Of a stretch of 48,898 bases of DNA, positions 29,098 to 38,559 are shown piece after piece; the stretch's first letter is position 1, and every line of letters begins with the position of its first letter. Source of the stretch: Alphaproteobacteria bacterium (GTDB lineage: Bacteria > Pseudomonadota > Alphaproteobacteria > Rs-D84); NCBI GenBank assembly GCA_017960855.1, contig JAGCYJ010000009.1, positions 1 through 48,898 of the forward strand. The letters run 5' to 3'. Below the pieces are notes generated by a model. That model was not told the DNA's origin. It saw only the letters and a program-made list of their open reading frames with translations, and searched no databases. The position numbers were made by a program, and so were the translations under genes.

Positions 29098-31503
29098 ATG
29101 AAAATTGATTTGGGTAAAAATATAAGCCCGCGCGAAATTGAAACCAAAATTCAAGAATTCTGGGATTCTAATGATTTTTGGTCAAACGATGTAAATTCAT
29201 CGAAAAAGTCGTTTTGTATGATGATGCCGCCACCAAATGTGACGGGCAGTTTGCATATGGGGCATGCGCTGGACAATGTTTTGACCGATATTGTATGCCG
29301 GTATAAGCGTATGTGTGGGTACGATGTGTTGTGGCAACCTGGAACTGACCATGCATCTATTGCAACACAGTTGCTGGTGGAACGCGACTTGTCAAAGCGC
29401 GGTATAAATCCACACAGTTTGTCGGTTGATGAAAAGTTAGACATCGCTTGGAAATGGAAAAATGAAAAGGGTGGTCAAATCATCAATCAATTACATGTTT
29501 TAGGTGTGACGCCTGTGTGGAAACGTGAACGTTTTACAATGGACGAGGGTCTGTCGGCGGCGGTCACCAAACTTTTTGTAAAAATGTATAACGAGGGGTT
29601 GATTTATCGTGCAAAGCGCATGGTGAATTGGTGCCCGAAACAACAAACATCTGTGTCTGATTTGGAAGTGGAAACCCGCGAAGAAAAGGGCAAGTTTTAT
29701 TACTTTAATTATCCATTGGTTGGTGGTGGTTTTGTTGAAATTGCAACAACACGTCCGGAAACATTGTTTGGCGACCAAGCAATTGCGGTTCATCCTGAAA
29801 ATGAAAAGTTAAAACATTTAATCGGCAAGAAAGCGATTATTCCGCTGACTGATATTGAAATTCCAATTATCGCAGATGTTCATGCCGATCCTGAAAAGGG
29901 TACGGGTGCGGTGAAAATTACGCCAGCGCATGACTTTGATGACTATGAAGTTGGGTTGCGCCATAACTTGACCCCTGTTTGTATTTTGACACCGACCGCA
30001 AAAATGATTTCCGCGTTGCCTGTGCCAGAAAAATATTGGGGCATGGATCGTTATGATGCCCGCGCGGCTGTTATGGCTGATGTTGAAGCAGCAGGATTGT
30101 TGGTCAAGGTTGAAGATAAAATTATTCCGACACCATATTCTGAACGTGGTGGCGTTGTGGTTGAACCTTGGTTGTCAGACCAGTGGTTCGTTGATGCAGA
30201 AAAGTTAGCCGTTCCAGCAATTAAAGCGGTGGAAGAGGGTAAAATAAAGTTTATGCCGGAACACAGATACAATCTGTTTATGGCATGGATGCGAGAGATT
30301 CGTCCATGGGCAATATCACGTCAATTGTGGTGGGGACACCATATACCAGCTTGGTATGACGAAGATGGCAAGGTATATGTTGCTGCAACCGAAGAAGAAG
30401 CGATAAAGCAATCTGGTGGCAAGAAACTGACACGTGATCCCGATGTTCTGGATACTTGGTTTTCGTCTGGACTGTGGCCATTTTCAACATTGGGCTGGCC
30501 AATGGATACAGTCGAATTGAAAAAATATTATCCAACAGATTTGTTATACACTGCGGCCGATATTATATTCTTCTGGGTTGCGCGTATGATTATGATGGGC
30601 ATTTATGTTATGGGTGATGTTCCGTTCAAATGTGTGAATTTCCATGGTCTGGTTCGTGATAGCAAGGGACAGAAAATGTCTAAAACCAAGGGTAACGGTA
30701 CAGATCCATTGGATGCAGTCGCAAAATTTGGTGCCGATGCATTACGTTATTGGGTGGCAACAGCACCAATTGGGACAGATTTAAGATACAGCGATGATGA
30801 AGTGAAACGCGGTTCTAAATTGCTGACTAAATTGTGGAACGCATCACGTTATGTGTTGATGAATTTGGAAGATTTTGAACCGGCAAGCGCACAAAAGATT
30901 GATATTGCAAATCGTTTCGTTGAAGATAGATGGGTGTTGGCTGAATTGAATAAGGCGATTGCAGAAACACGCAAGAATCTTGATAAATACGACAACTATA
31001 ATTCACGCAGTGCAATTGATACTTTCTTCTGGGAAGTGTTTTGTGATCAGTATCTGGAGTTTATCAAAGACCGTTTCTGGTCGCCGGAAAAATACAGTGC
31101 GGAATCAAAACTATCTGCACAATGGACATTGTGGGAAGTGTTGCGCGCAATAATCGGTTTGTATGCACCATTTATTCCGTTCACTACCGAAGAATTGTGG
31201 CAAAAGATTTATAAAGAAACCGAAGGTGGCGAAACTTTACACCGAACAGAATATCCAAGTGTGGATGTCGCGCGCGATACGGATGTTTCTGAAATGCAAA
31301 TCGCATTGGATATATTGAAAACAGTTCGTGGATTGCGCACAGAACGCAAGGTTGGTAACGGTGCAAAATTGGAAACACTTACGATTCCAAGCGATACCCC
31401 AAGTGCGTTGCACGGCGTGATTAAATCCGCGGCACGCGCAAATGAAATTGTTTTGGGTGATTGTGTTGATTTTGTTGTCGCAGAAACCACAGGGGGAAAA
31501 TAA
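29098..31503 (+). CDS. valS: Valine--tRNA ligase (lacks C-terminal coiled-coil arm)
   Basis: PPPNVTGSLHMGH, ATTRPET, GTGAVKITPAHD, ISRQLWWGH, DVLDTWFSS, KMSKT; ATG at 29098 after TTGCCT..TGcTAGAAT promoter. Confidence 0.97.
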   Translation: MKIDLGKNISPREIETKIQEFWDSNDFWSNDVNSSKKSFCMMMPPPNVTGSLHMGHALDNVLTDIVCRYKRMCGYDVLWQPGTDHASIATQLLVERDLSKRGINPHSLSVDEKLDIAWKWKNEKGGQIINQLHVLGVTPVWKRERFTMDEGLSAAVTKLFVKMYNEGLIYRAKRMVNWCPKQQTSVSDLEVETREEKGKFYYFNYPLVGGGFVEIATTRPETLFGDQAIAVHPENEKLKHLIGKKAIIPLTDIEIPIIADVHADPEKGTGAVKITPAHDFDDYEVGLRHNLTPVCILTPTAKMISALPVPEKYWGMDRYDARAAVMADVEAAGLLVKVEDKIIPTPYSERGGVVVEPWLSDQWFVDAEKLAVPAIKAVEEGKIKFMPEHRYNLFMAWMREIRPWAISRQLWWGHHIPAWYDEDGKVYVAATEEEAIKQSGGKKLTRDPDVLDTWFSSGLWPFSTLGWPMDTVELKKYYPTDLLYTAADIIFFWVARMIMMGIYVMGDVPFKCVNFHGLVRDSKGQKMSKTKGNGTDPLDAVAKFGADALRYWVATAPIGTDLRYSDDEVKRGSKLLTKLWNASRYVLMNLEDFEPASAQKIDIANRFVEDRWVLAELNKAIAETRKNLDKYDNYNSRSAIDTFFWEVFCDQYLEFIKDRFWSPEKYSAESKLSAQWTLWEVLRAIIGLYAPFIPFTTEELWQKIYKETEGGETLHRTEYPSVDVARDTDVSEMQIALDILKTVRGLRTERKVGNGAKLETLTIPSDTPSALHGVIKSAARANEIVLGDCVDFVVAETTGGK

Positions 31504-32234
31504 TGGGCGAAAAATATACCGAAATTAGAAAACTGCAGGCGTATCAGTGTGATCGCTATGGCAATGTTCGTCCGTTGATTTTGATGAACGAATTGCAATC
31601 TATGGCGGACACGCATGCGGAAAAAATCGGTGTTGGTCGCACATTTTTGTTGGAAAATGATTTGGCGTGGGTTGCAATATATTACTTGGTTGATATTTTG
31701 GAATTGCCACACGAAAACGAAGAATTAAAGTTTATCACTTGGCCATCGGTTGCGGATGCGGTGCGCACTTCGCGTGATTTTGAAATTCGCGGGTCCGACA
31801 ATCGTTTGATGGTTCGCGCAACATCACAATGGGTGTTGATTGATATGGCGCGTCGCAGACCGATTGTATTAGAGGGCAAATTACCATTGGATTGTATTGT
31901 ACCCGAACGCGCATGGGATAAGAAGTTTGATAAGTTCCCTGATTTTGAAGTCGACAAAACACACATTATGAAGTGTCGTTTTGATGATATAGATGTGAAT
32001 CAGCATATCAACAATGCGGTCTATGCGGTGTGGGCAACGGAAAGTGTTGGTTATGTTTACCGCAACGAACATAAATTGTGTGGGATTGAATTAAATTATA
32101 AAAAAGAAATAAATCCCGAAACACCCCAAGTTGAAATAGATGTAAAGATTGACGGCAATACATCTTATCACAAGATTCGCACCGGTGATACGGAACATGC
32201 GATGGTCGTATGTCATTGGGCACCACGTGAATAA
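31503..32234 (+). CDS. Acyl-ACP thioesterase (double hotdog)
   Basis: CD.YG.V, WV, TW, ATSQWVLID, DIDVNQHINNAVY; TAATG overlap with valS. Confidence 0.9.
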   Translation: MGEKYTEIRKLQAYQCDRYGNVRPLILMNELQSMADTHAEKIGVGRTFLLENDLAWVAIYYLVDILELPHENEELKFITWPSVADAVRTSRDFEIRGSDNRLMVRATSQWVLIDMARRRPIVLEGKLPLDCIVPERAWDKKFDKFPDFEVDKTHIMKCRFDDIDVNQHINNAVYAVWATESVGYVYRNEHKLCGIELNYKKEINPETPQVEIDVKIDGNTSYHKIRTGDTEHAMVVCHWAPRE

Positions 32235-32243
32235 GGTTTTGTT

Positions 32244-33260
32244 ATGACTAGGTATACACTTACCCAACAAGAAGCATTAGCGCGGTTGGCGACGTTGCCC
32301 GCCGGTGCAGAACGCGCAAAATTATTATCTGTATCATCCGTACGCAACGCTGTATTAAACAGTGGTGCAAATGTTACGCTGTATGTCGGCGATGTTGATA
32401 GCACGGCCAGTAGCGTTTTGGATAGTTTGCGGCATGTTTATATTGGTTTGATTCAACGCAAAAACAGAAAGGGGGCGCTGGACGGATTGGGTGCATTGGG
32501 CGGACTTGCCGAGCGAACAAAACGCGTTGATTTTGATGCCATGAGCGATACGGAACGTATGTCGCTGGTGGGCACGCGTGATGATATTGTGATTGTTGAT
32601 GGCGCGCCGACACTGTTGACGGACATAAATAAAATTCGCGTAAATAATGTGTTGCGCGAAATGCACGAAGAATTGGCGGATTTGGGAATTACCGATATTG
32701 CGATAAAACCAAATGAATTGGTTTTGATTCCGATGCCAAAAGTGAAGGACGACAATTATCTTATCAACAAATGGGACGGCGTTGGCGTTGCTTTTGCGGT
32801 TTCGCCATATTGTCATATTTGCAAAGATACACGTGGTATAATTGATTCTATTGTTGCGGGGGCATCTGAAAAAACAGGTGGCGAAGCGAAGGAATTTAGA
32901 AAAGTGCCATTGTTGGATGCTTTAAAATCGTGGGGAAATCATGACGATGTTTCGTTGGAAGATGGACGCAGTGCGACGCGCGATTATCGGTATCCACACG
33001 AATATCTGGTTTCTTGGGCGTTGGCGGCAATGCTGTTGGAATATAACCCACAAAAAATGAAACAGTTGGCATCCGAAGTTCAGACGATTTGCGATCATTT
33101 GATTTCATTTGCTGAAATTGCACGCGCGACCAAGCAAACAATGAAAGATGTTGCCGATATTTTGCATTTGCCGATTGCGGTACTGAATGAGATGGAAAAA
33201 TCTTGTGCCACTATTTTTAAAAAACGACTGGCGCAGAAGGCGCTCGGCACAACACGTTAA
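32244..33260 (+). CDS. Hypothetical protein with split Nudix-like signature
   Basis: GALGGLAE ... NVLREMHEEL; otherwise unrecognised. Confidence 0.55.
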   Translation: MTRYTLTQQEALARLATLPAGAERAKLLSVSSVRNAVLNSGANVTLYVGDVDSTASSVLDSLRHVYIGLIQRKNRKGALDGLGALGGLAERTKRVDFDAMSDTERMSLVGTRDDIVIVDGAPTLLTDINKIRVNNVLREMHEELADLGITDIAIKPNELVLIPMPKVKDDNYLINKWDGVGVAFAVSPYCHICKDTRGIIDSIVAGASEKTGGEAKEFRKVPLLDALKSWGNHDDVSLEDGRSATRDYRYPHEYLVSWALAAMLLEYNPQKMKQLASEVQTICDHLISFAEIARATKQTMKDVADILHLPIAVLNEMEKSCATIFKKRLAQKALGTTR

Positions 33261-33262
33261 AC

Positions 33263-33286
33263 AAGCGGGGCATTGCCCCGCTTTTT
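33263..33286 (+). terminator. Intrinsic terminator of the valS operon
   Basis: AAGCGGGGC-att-GCCCCGCTT + T run. Confidence 0.85.
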
Positions 33287-33355
33287 GTTGAATATAATGC
33301 GTTTTATGGTATAATCAAACTGTTAAGAATGTTTGGAATTATCCGTGGGGGAAAT

Positions 33356-34405
33356 ATGATGACGACAAAAAAAGAAGTGAATGCCAAGGTTAAAAAAGAA
33401 ATAAAAAAACACCGCGAAGGAAAAGCAATACAAGCAAAGGCGAAAAAGGTCGCACAAAAACGTAGTGCAAAAAATACAAAACAGCGCTTTAAAGATGCGA
33501 CACGCAAGGTTGGCAAGGAACAAGAACCAAAGACCTTGAAAAAGCGTTTTGAACAGGCGGTGGCCAGCGGCGATATGGCCAAGGCAAAAGAGATTTTGCT
33601 GCAGATATTTAAATCAACCAGACCAATGTATTCGCATAGTGATTTTTGTTCATTGTTTATCAAAAATGAATTGAAAAATTTCACATTTAAATATTTGGGC
33701 GATGGCAAAGTTGCAATCGGTCGTATTTATGAAAATAGATCCTGGATTAGCGAAAACTTCTTTTTGGGGGGTAGTGCAATTCAGTGGCACTGGATGGCCG
33801 ACGCTGCGCTTATTAATCTTACGGACGATGGTTTTGATTTAATTGCTAGGTGTGAATCCGCAAGTGTAAAAGTTCGTCACGAGCTTGATCATAAACTTGA
33901 TTTGTGGAACAAGTTAGATAATGAATTTTTGGAAATAGACCCAGAAACAGGAATATTGACAGTTGGACTTAAGATGGATAAAAACCATGGTGGAGAATGG
34001 GTCACAAAAGCGACAATAGATATTGAAAAAGCATTTGCCAAGCATGGTCATACGATAAAATTTGTTAAAACCAAACAGCCAAAGGAGAATAGTTATGGGT
34101 TGGCTGGTCAAAAAATCCCAAAACTTTATGGTAGTCCAGCGTGGCGCAAATCAGTAATGAATATAATAATCAATCCTGACAATAAAGTTTTTTCAAAAAC
34201 AGACACAGACGGGGTACATCAAATCGTGATGTCACCAGATGGAGATATTTTGTTCGAGACATGTTGTAATACCCCAGAAGGAACTTATTGGGTTAAAGTT
34301 GGCGGCAAAGAGGTAAAATTAGACAGCAGGGAAGATTTTGATAGTGTTTATATGTTGTTCTATGTCGTTTCTGGGACAAGACGAGATCGTGACAGCCAAA
34401 GATAG
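33356..34405 (+). CDS. Hypothetical protein with Lys-rich N-terminus; C-terminal domain paralogous to 34452-34835
   Basis: Long ORF, GGGGG RBS and TGgTATAAT upstream; motif similarity to the next ORF. Confidence 0.75.
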   Translation: MMTTKKEVNAKVKKEIKKHREGKAIQAKAKKVAQKRSAKNTKQRFKDATRKVGKEQEPKTLKKRFEQAVASGDMAKAKEILLQIFKSTRPMYSHSDFCSLFIKNELKNFTFKYLGDGKVAIGRIYENRSWISENFFLGGSAIQWHWMADAALINLTDDGFDLIARCESASVKVRHELDHKLDLWNKLDNEFLEIDPETGILTVGLKMDKNHGGEWVTKATIDIEKAFAKHGHTIKFVKTKQPKENSYGLAGQKIPKLYGSPAWRKSVMNIIINPDNKVFSKTDTDGVHQIVMSPDGDILFETCCNTPEGTYWVKVGGKEVKLDSREDFDSVYMLFYVVSGTRRDRDSQR

Positions 34406-34451
34406 TGAGTAATTTCGATATACGGTATAATAATCAGAAAGGAGTTTTGTT

Positions 34452-34835
34452 ATGAAAATGAGTCCGCTTGTAAAAGGTCAGATTTTGGCTGGGATAAAGA
34501 ATCCGACCAACAATGTTGTCCGTATGGACAACAAGCCCAAGGAATCAGAAATCAAAGATGCCAAGGGGTTAGAGGAAGCAGTAAACAATCTGACTGAGTG
34601 GTTGGCGGTGATATCGCCAAGTGGCCAGGTTTTGTTGGAACTGAATTATGATATAAACCAAGTATTGTTGCATAATGAATTGGGCAAAAGTTTCTTGAAG
34701 GTCAATGGTGAAAAAATACTTGTAGATGTTGATGATTTCAAAGAAATCGCAGAAGAAGTTGATGACCGTTGGCGCAAGACGGGTGAAAGGTGGGTGTCAG
34801 TAAACCCCATTCGTCGCGGTGGAAAAGAGAAATAA
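34452..34835 (+). CDS. Hypothetical protein (127 aa)
   Basis: AGGAG RBS, TATAAT upstream, terminator downstream. Confidence 0.75.
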   Translation: MKMSPLVKGQILAGIKNPTNNVVRMDNKPKESEIKDAKGLEEAVNNLTEWLAVISPSGQVLLELNYDINQVLLHNELGKSFLKVNGEKILVDVDDFKEIAEEVDDRWRKTGERWVSVNPIRRGGKEK

Positions 34836-34839
34836 AAAC

Positions 34840-34861
34840 TGGGGCATTTGCCCCAATTTTT
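34840..34861 (+). terminator. Intrinsic terminator
   Basis: TGGGGC-attt-GCCCCA + ATTTTT. Confidence 0.75.
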
Positions 34862-34875
34862 ATAGACCCTGTAAT

Positions 34876-34900
34876 AAAAAACCGGCGATTGCCGGATTTT
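34876..34900 (-). terminator. Bidirectional terminator downstream of rpmH
   Basis: A run, CCGGC-gatt-GCCGG, T run. Confidence 0.7.
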
Positions 34901-35053
34901 TTAGTTAACCGCAGATACGGCCAAACGGGCACGACCCTTCGCTCTACGGCGATTCAAAACATCGCGGCCGCTTTTTGTCGCCATTTTTTCACGGAACCCG
35001 TGTGTCTTTACACGGCGTGTTTTTGACGGTTGATATGTTCTTTTTGTTGCCAT
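34901..35053 (-). CDS. rpmH: 50S ribosomal protein L34 (missing from ORF track, 50 aa)
   Basis: Manual translation [50 protein letters not shown]; AAGGA RBS. Confidence 0.97.
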   Translation of the reverse strand: MATKRTYQPSKTRRVKTHGFREKMATKSGRDVLNRRRAKGRARLAVSAVN

Positions 35054-35109
35054 AACTAAATCCTTTTGCGCGTCTATTTAATCACAGGTTTTTATAAAAC
35101 GCAACCTTT

Positions 35110-35235
35110 TTATTTAGATTTTTTCTTTTCTTCTAGCAAGCCCAATTTCTTCAATGCTTCTAGTATCAAATAATACACGAAAATAGCGGCAAAAAATTGC
35201 CAAAGCGGTAAAAATAATCTGCTTGTTGTAGTCAT
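35110..35235 (-). CDS. Small single-pass membrane protein (41 aa, missing from ORF track)
   Basis: MTTTSRLFLPLWQFFAAIFVYYLILEALKKLGLLEEKKKSK*; upstream TTGACA-17-TACAAT promoter and AGGG RBS on the minus strand. Confidence 0.6.
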   Translation of the reverse strand: MTTTSRLFLPLWQFFAAIFVYYLILEALKKLGLLEEKKKSK

Positions 35236-35374
35236 TTTATATTTTTCCCTGATTTCTGCGGATTATTGTATCACAAATGTTTGATTTGTCAATGTGTTTT
35301 TTGGGCTTTATTTCTTGACCCAGGGATTAAAATTTTGCTATGCTTTGTATGCTAAAAAACAAGGGAAATCTAGG

Positions 35375-38122
35375 ATGTCTGAAATAATTGAAACAAACGA
35401 AATAAATGAAGTAAAAGTTCCACAATCATCATTGGAACACGAAATGCGGACCAGCTTTTTGGATTACGCTATGTCGGTCATTGTTGATCGTGCTTTGCCG
35501 GATGTTCGTGACGGCTGTAAACCGGTGCATCGTCGTATTTTGTATGTTATGAATGATGTGGCACCTGCAACCAAAGCAACAGTAAAATCTGCGCGTATTG
35601 TTGGTGATGTTATGGGTAAATACCACCCGCATGGCGATAGTTCTATTTACGAGGCAATGGTTCGTATGGGTCAGGACTTTTCCATGGGCGAAATGTTGGT
35701 CCAGGGGCAAGGTAATTTTGGTTCACGCGACGGGGACAAGGCCGCTGCTATGCGTTATACCGAAGCACGCCTTTCCAAACTGGGCGCGTCCATGATGGAC
35801 GATTTGGACAAGGATACGGTTGATTGGCAACCGAACTTTGACGGTACATTACAAGAACCAGTTGTTTTGCCGACCAAGTTTCCTAATTTCTTGGTAAATG
35901 GTGGTTCGGGTATTGCCGTTGGTATGGCGACAAATGTTCCGACTTATAATTTGGGCGAAGTTTGCAACGGTATTTTGGCGATTTTGGATAATCCAAGTAT
36001 TTCGGATGACGAGTTGTTTGAAATTATTCCGGGACCTGATTTTCCGACCGGTGCCGTGATTATGGGGCGCAGTGGCGCGTACAAGGCGCACACGACGGGA
36101 CGCGGTTCAATTATCGTGCGCGCAAAAACACATATGGAAACTTTTCATGATCATCCGGCGATTGTTGTTGATGAAATACCATATCAGGTAAACAAGGCGC
36201 AAATGATTATCAAAATCGCCGAACTGTCCAAGGATAAAAAGATTGAGGGTATATCTGAAATTCGTGATGAATCGTCCAAGGAAGGTTTGCGTGTTGTAAT
36301 TGAACTGAAACGCGACGCAATACCAGAGGTTGTTTTGAATCAGTTGTTCCAATACACTGAAATGCAGGCGAATTTCCCAGTGAATTTAATGGCGTTGAAT
36401 CGTGGTCGTCCAATGTTATTCAATGTGCGTGGCGTTCTGGATGCGTTTATTGATTTCAGAATAGAGGTTATTCGTCGTCGTACTATCTTTGATTTGAACA
36501 AGGCGCGTAATCGTGCACATACCTTGTTGGGTTTGACGGTTGCGGTGGGGAACCTGGACGAAGTTATTGAATTGATTAAGTCCAGTCCGAATCCGGATGT
36601 TGCACGTGAACAACTGGTTTCGCGCACTTGGCACGCAGAAGATATTGAAACATATATCAAATTGATTGATGACCCGAATACTGAATATGAAAACGGTATG
36701 TTCCGTATGTCCGAAGATCAGGCGCGTGCAATTTTGGAATTGCAATTGCATCGCTTGACGGGCCTTGAACGCGACAAGATTCACAGCGACTTGGTTGATT
36801 TAGGTGCACAGATAAAAGATTTGTTGGATATTTTAAGTAGCCATGCGCGTATCGTTCAAATCATTCGCGAAGAAACGATTGATGAACGCGACAACTGGTC
36901 TTCTAAACGTCGTACAGAAATATCTGATGCGGAAATAGACATTGATATGGAAGATTTGATTGCACGTGAAGATATGGTGGTGACTGTTTCTAACACCGGC
37001 TATATCAAACGTGTTGCGTTGGATACATATCGTGCACAAAAACGTGGTGGCAAGGGACGCAATGCCATGACGACCAAGGACGATGACTATGTGGTCCAGG
37101 TGTTCGTTGCGAATACACATACGCCATTGTTGTTCTTCTCTTCCAAGGGCTTGTGTTATAAATTAAAAACATACAAATTGCCAGAAGCAGCGGCAGCGGC
37201 CAAGGGACGTCCGTTGGTGAACCTGTTGCCGTTGGAAAGTGGTGAAACAATTACTGCGATTTTGCCAGTTCCCGAAGAAGATGTTAAACGCGTGGCGGAA
37301 AGCGGCAAAGAACACTTCCTTATGTTTGCGACAAGCACCGGAACGGTGCGTCGCAATCGTATGTCGGACTTTGATTCAATCCGTGCAAATGGAAAGATTG
37401 CAATGAAATTGGATGATGGCGAAAGTTTGATTTCTGTCTTGCCATGCACCGAAGATCAAGATGTGTTCTTGGCGACATATCGGGGCAGATGCATACGATT
37501 CCCTGTGCCTGAAATTCGTGTGTTTGCCGGACGTAATTCAACCGGTGTTCGCGGATTATCACTTGGCAAAGACGATCGTATCATCGGTATGGCGATGCTG
37601 AATCATGGTGAAACTGATTCTGCTGTGCGTGCGGCGTATATCAAACAAAGTCGTGCTGCGCGTCGTGCCGCGACTGGTATAGAAGAAGAGGCGGATGCAG
37701 AAGAAGAAACAACAGATTTGGTGTTGGATGATGCCAAGATGGCGACGATGGCGGCGAACGAACAATTCATTTTGAATATTTCTGAAAATGGATTCGGAAA
37801 GCGCACATCTGCATATGAATATCGTATCACACACCGTGGCGGTTCGGGATTTGCGAACATTAAACTGGGTGGTAAAAATACCGCGGTTGCGGGTTCGTTC
37901 CCGGTTGATAACAATCACGACATAATTATGGTGACCGATGGTGGCAAGATTATTCGTACACCAGTTGCAGACGTTCGTATCGCAGGTCGCGCAACGGCGG
38001 GTGTGACCTTGTTCCGCACAAGCGAAAACGAAAAGGTTATGTCTGCGATTTCAATTGAACGCGAAGAAGAAGCATCCGAAGAAGTTGCGCCGGAAACACC
38101 AACCGAACCAGTTGCAGAATAA
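35375..38122 (+). CDS. gyrA: DNA gyrase subunit A
   Basis: [37 protein letters not shown], GyrA-box QKRGGKG, C-terminal beta-pinwheel repeats. Confidence 0.98.
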   Translation: MSEIIETNEINEVKVPQSSLEHEMRTSFLDYAMSVIVDRALPDVRDGCKPVHRRILYVMNDVAPATKATVKSARIVGDVMGKYHPHGDSSIYEAMVRMGQDFSMGEMLVQGQGNFGSRDGDKAAAMRYTEARLSKLGASMMDDLDKDTVDWQPNFDGTLQEPVVLPTKFPNFLVNGGSGIAVGMATNVPTYNLGEVCNGILAILDNPSISDDELFEIIPGPDFPTGAVIMGRSGAYKAHTTGRGSIIVRAKTHMETFHDHPAIVVDEIPYQVNKAQMIIKIAELSKDKKIEGISEIRDESSKEGLRVVIELKRDAIPEVVLNQLFQYTEMQANFPVNLMALNRGRPMLFNVRGVLDAFIDFRIEVIRRRTIFDLNKARNRAHTLLGLTVAVGNLDEVIELIKSSPNPDVAREQLVSRTWHAEDIETYIKLIDDPNTEYENGMFRMSEDQARAILELQLHRLTGLERDKIHSDLVDLGAQIKDLLDILSSHARIVQIIREETIDERDNWSSKRRTEISDAEIDIDMEDLIAREDMVVTVSNTGYIKRVALDTYRAQKRGGKGRNAMTTKDDDYVVQVFVANTHTPLLFFSSKGLCYKLKTYKLPEAAAAAKGRPLVNLLPLESGETITAILPVPEEDVKRVAESGKEHFLMFATSTGTVRRNRMSDFDSIRANGKIAMKLDDGESLISVLPCTEDQDVFLATYRGRCIRFPVPEIRVFAGRNSTGVRGLSLGKDDRIIGMAMLNHGETDSAVRAAYIKQSRAARRAATGIEEEADAEEETTDLVLDDAKMATMAANEQFILNISENGFGKRTSAYEYRITHRGGSGFANIKLGGKNTAVAGSFPVDNNHDIIMVTDGGKIIRTPVADVRIAGRATAGVTLFRTSENEKVMSAISIEREEEASEEVAPETPTEPVAE

Positions 38123-38136
38123 TTACGGGGGCCGAC

Positions 38137-38532
38137 ATGGACAAAGAATATTTTGTTTCAATAAATGAAGTATCAAAACGGTTGTCTGTGCCGGCACATA
38201 CCCTGCGTTATTGGGAAAAGCAATTTCCAACCGCAGTTCGCCCGACGACAGGGGCGGGCGGTCGTCGGTATTATCGCACTGAAACAGTTGCGAAACTGGA
38301 AACAATAAAATCATTGTTATACGATCGTGGTATGACAATTGCCGGTGTGAAAAAGTTAATTCACGAAGGGGCACTGCCCAAAAATGCATCTGATTTAACA
38401 ATCGGTGTTTCCCGGCCAAAAGTGGAAAAACCCATCATTATTCAACAAACAAATGTTGTTGGTAATTCTGATGAAATTGAAATGGCGATAACGCTTTTGA
38501 CGGCGGCACGCGATATTTTAACAAACGCATAA
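38137..38532 (+). CDS. MerR-family HTH transcriptional regulator
   Basis: SINEVS..L.VPAHTLRYWE..F....GGRRYY....IK.LLY..GMTI.GVKK. Confidence 0.9.
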   Translation: MDKEYFVSINEVSKRLSVPAHTLRYWEKQFPTAVRPTTGAGGRRYYRTETVAKLETIKSLLYDRGMTIAGVKKLIHEGALPKNASDLTIGVSRPKVEKPIIIQQTNVVGNSDEIEMAITLLTAARDILTNA

Positions 38533-38534
38533 AA

Positions 38535-38558
38535 TACCGGCATTTGCCGGTGTTTTTT
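38535..38558. terminator. Bidirectional terminator between convergent genes
   Basis: TACCGGC-attt-GCCGGTG flanked by A and T runs. Confidence 0.8.
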
Positions 38559-38559
38559 A

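Noticed and set aside
35620-35660. Quinolone-resistance substitution in the GyrA QRDR
   Set aside because: HGDSSIYE keeps Ser at the 83-equivalent and an acidic residue at the 87-equivalent position
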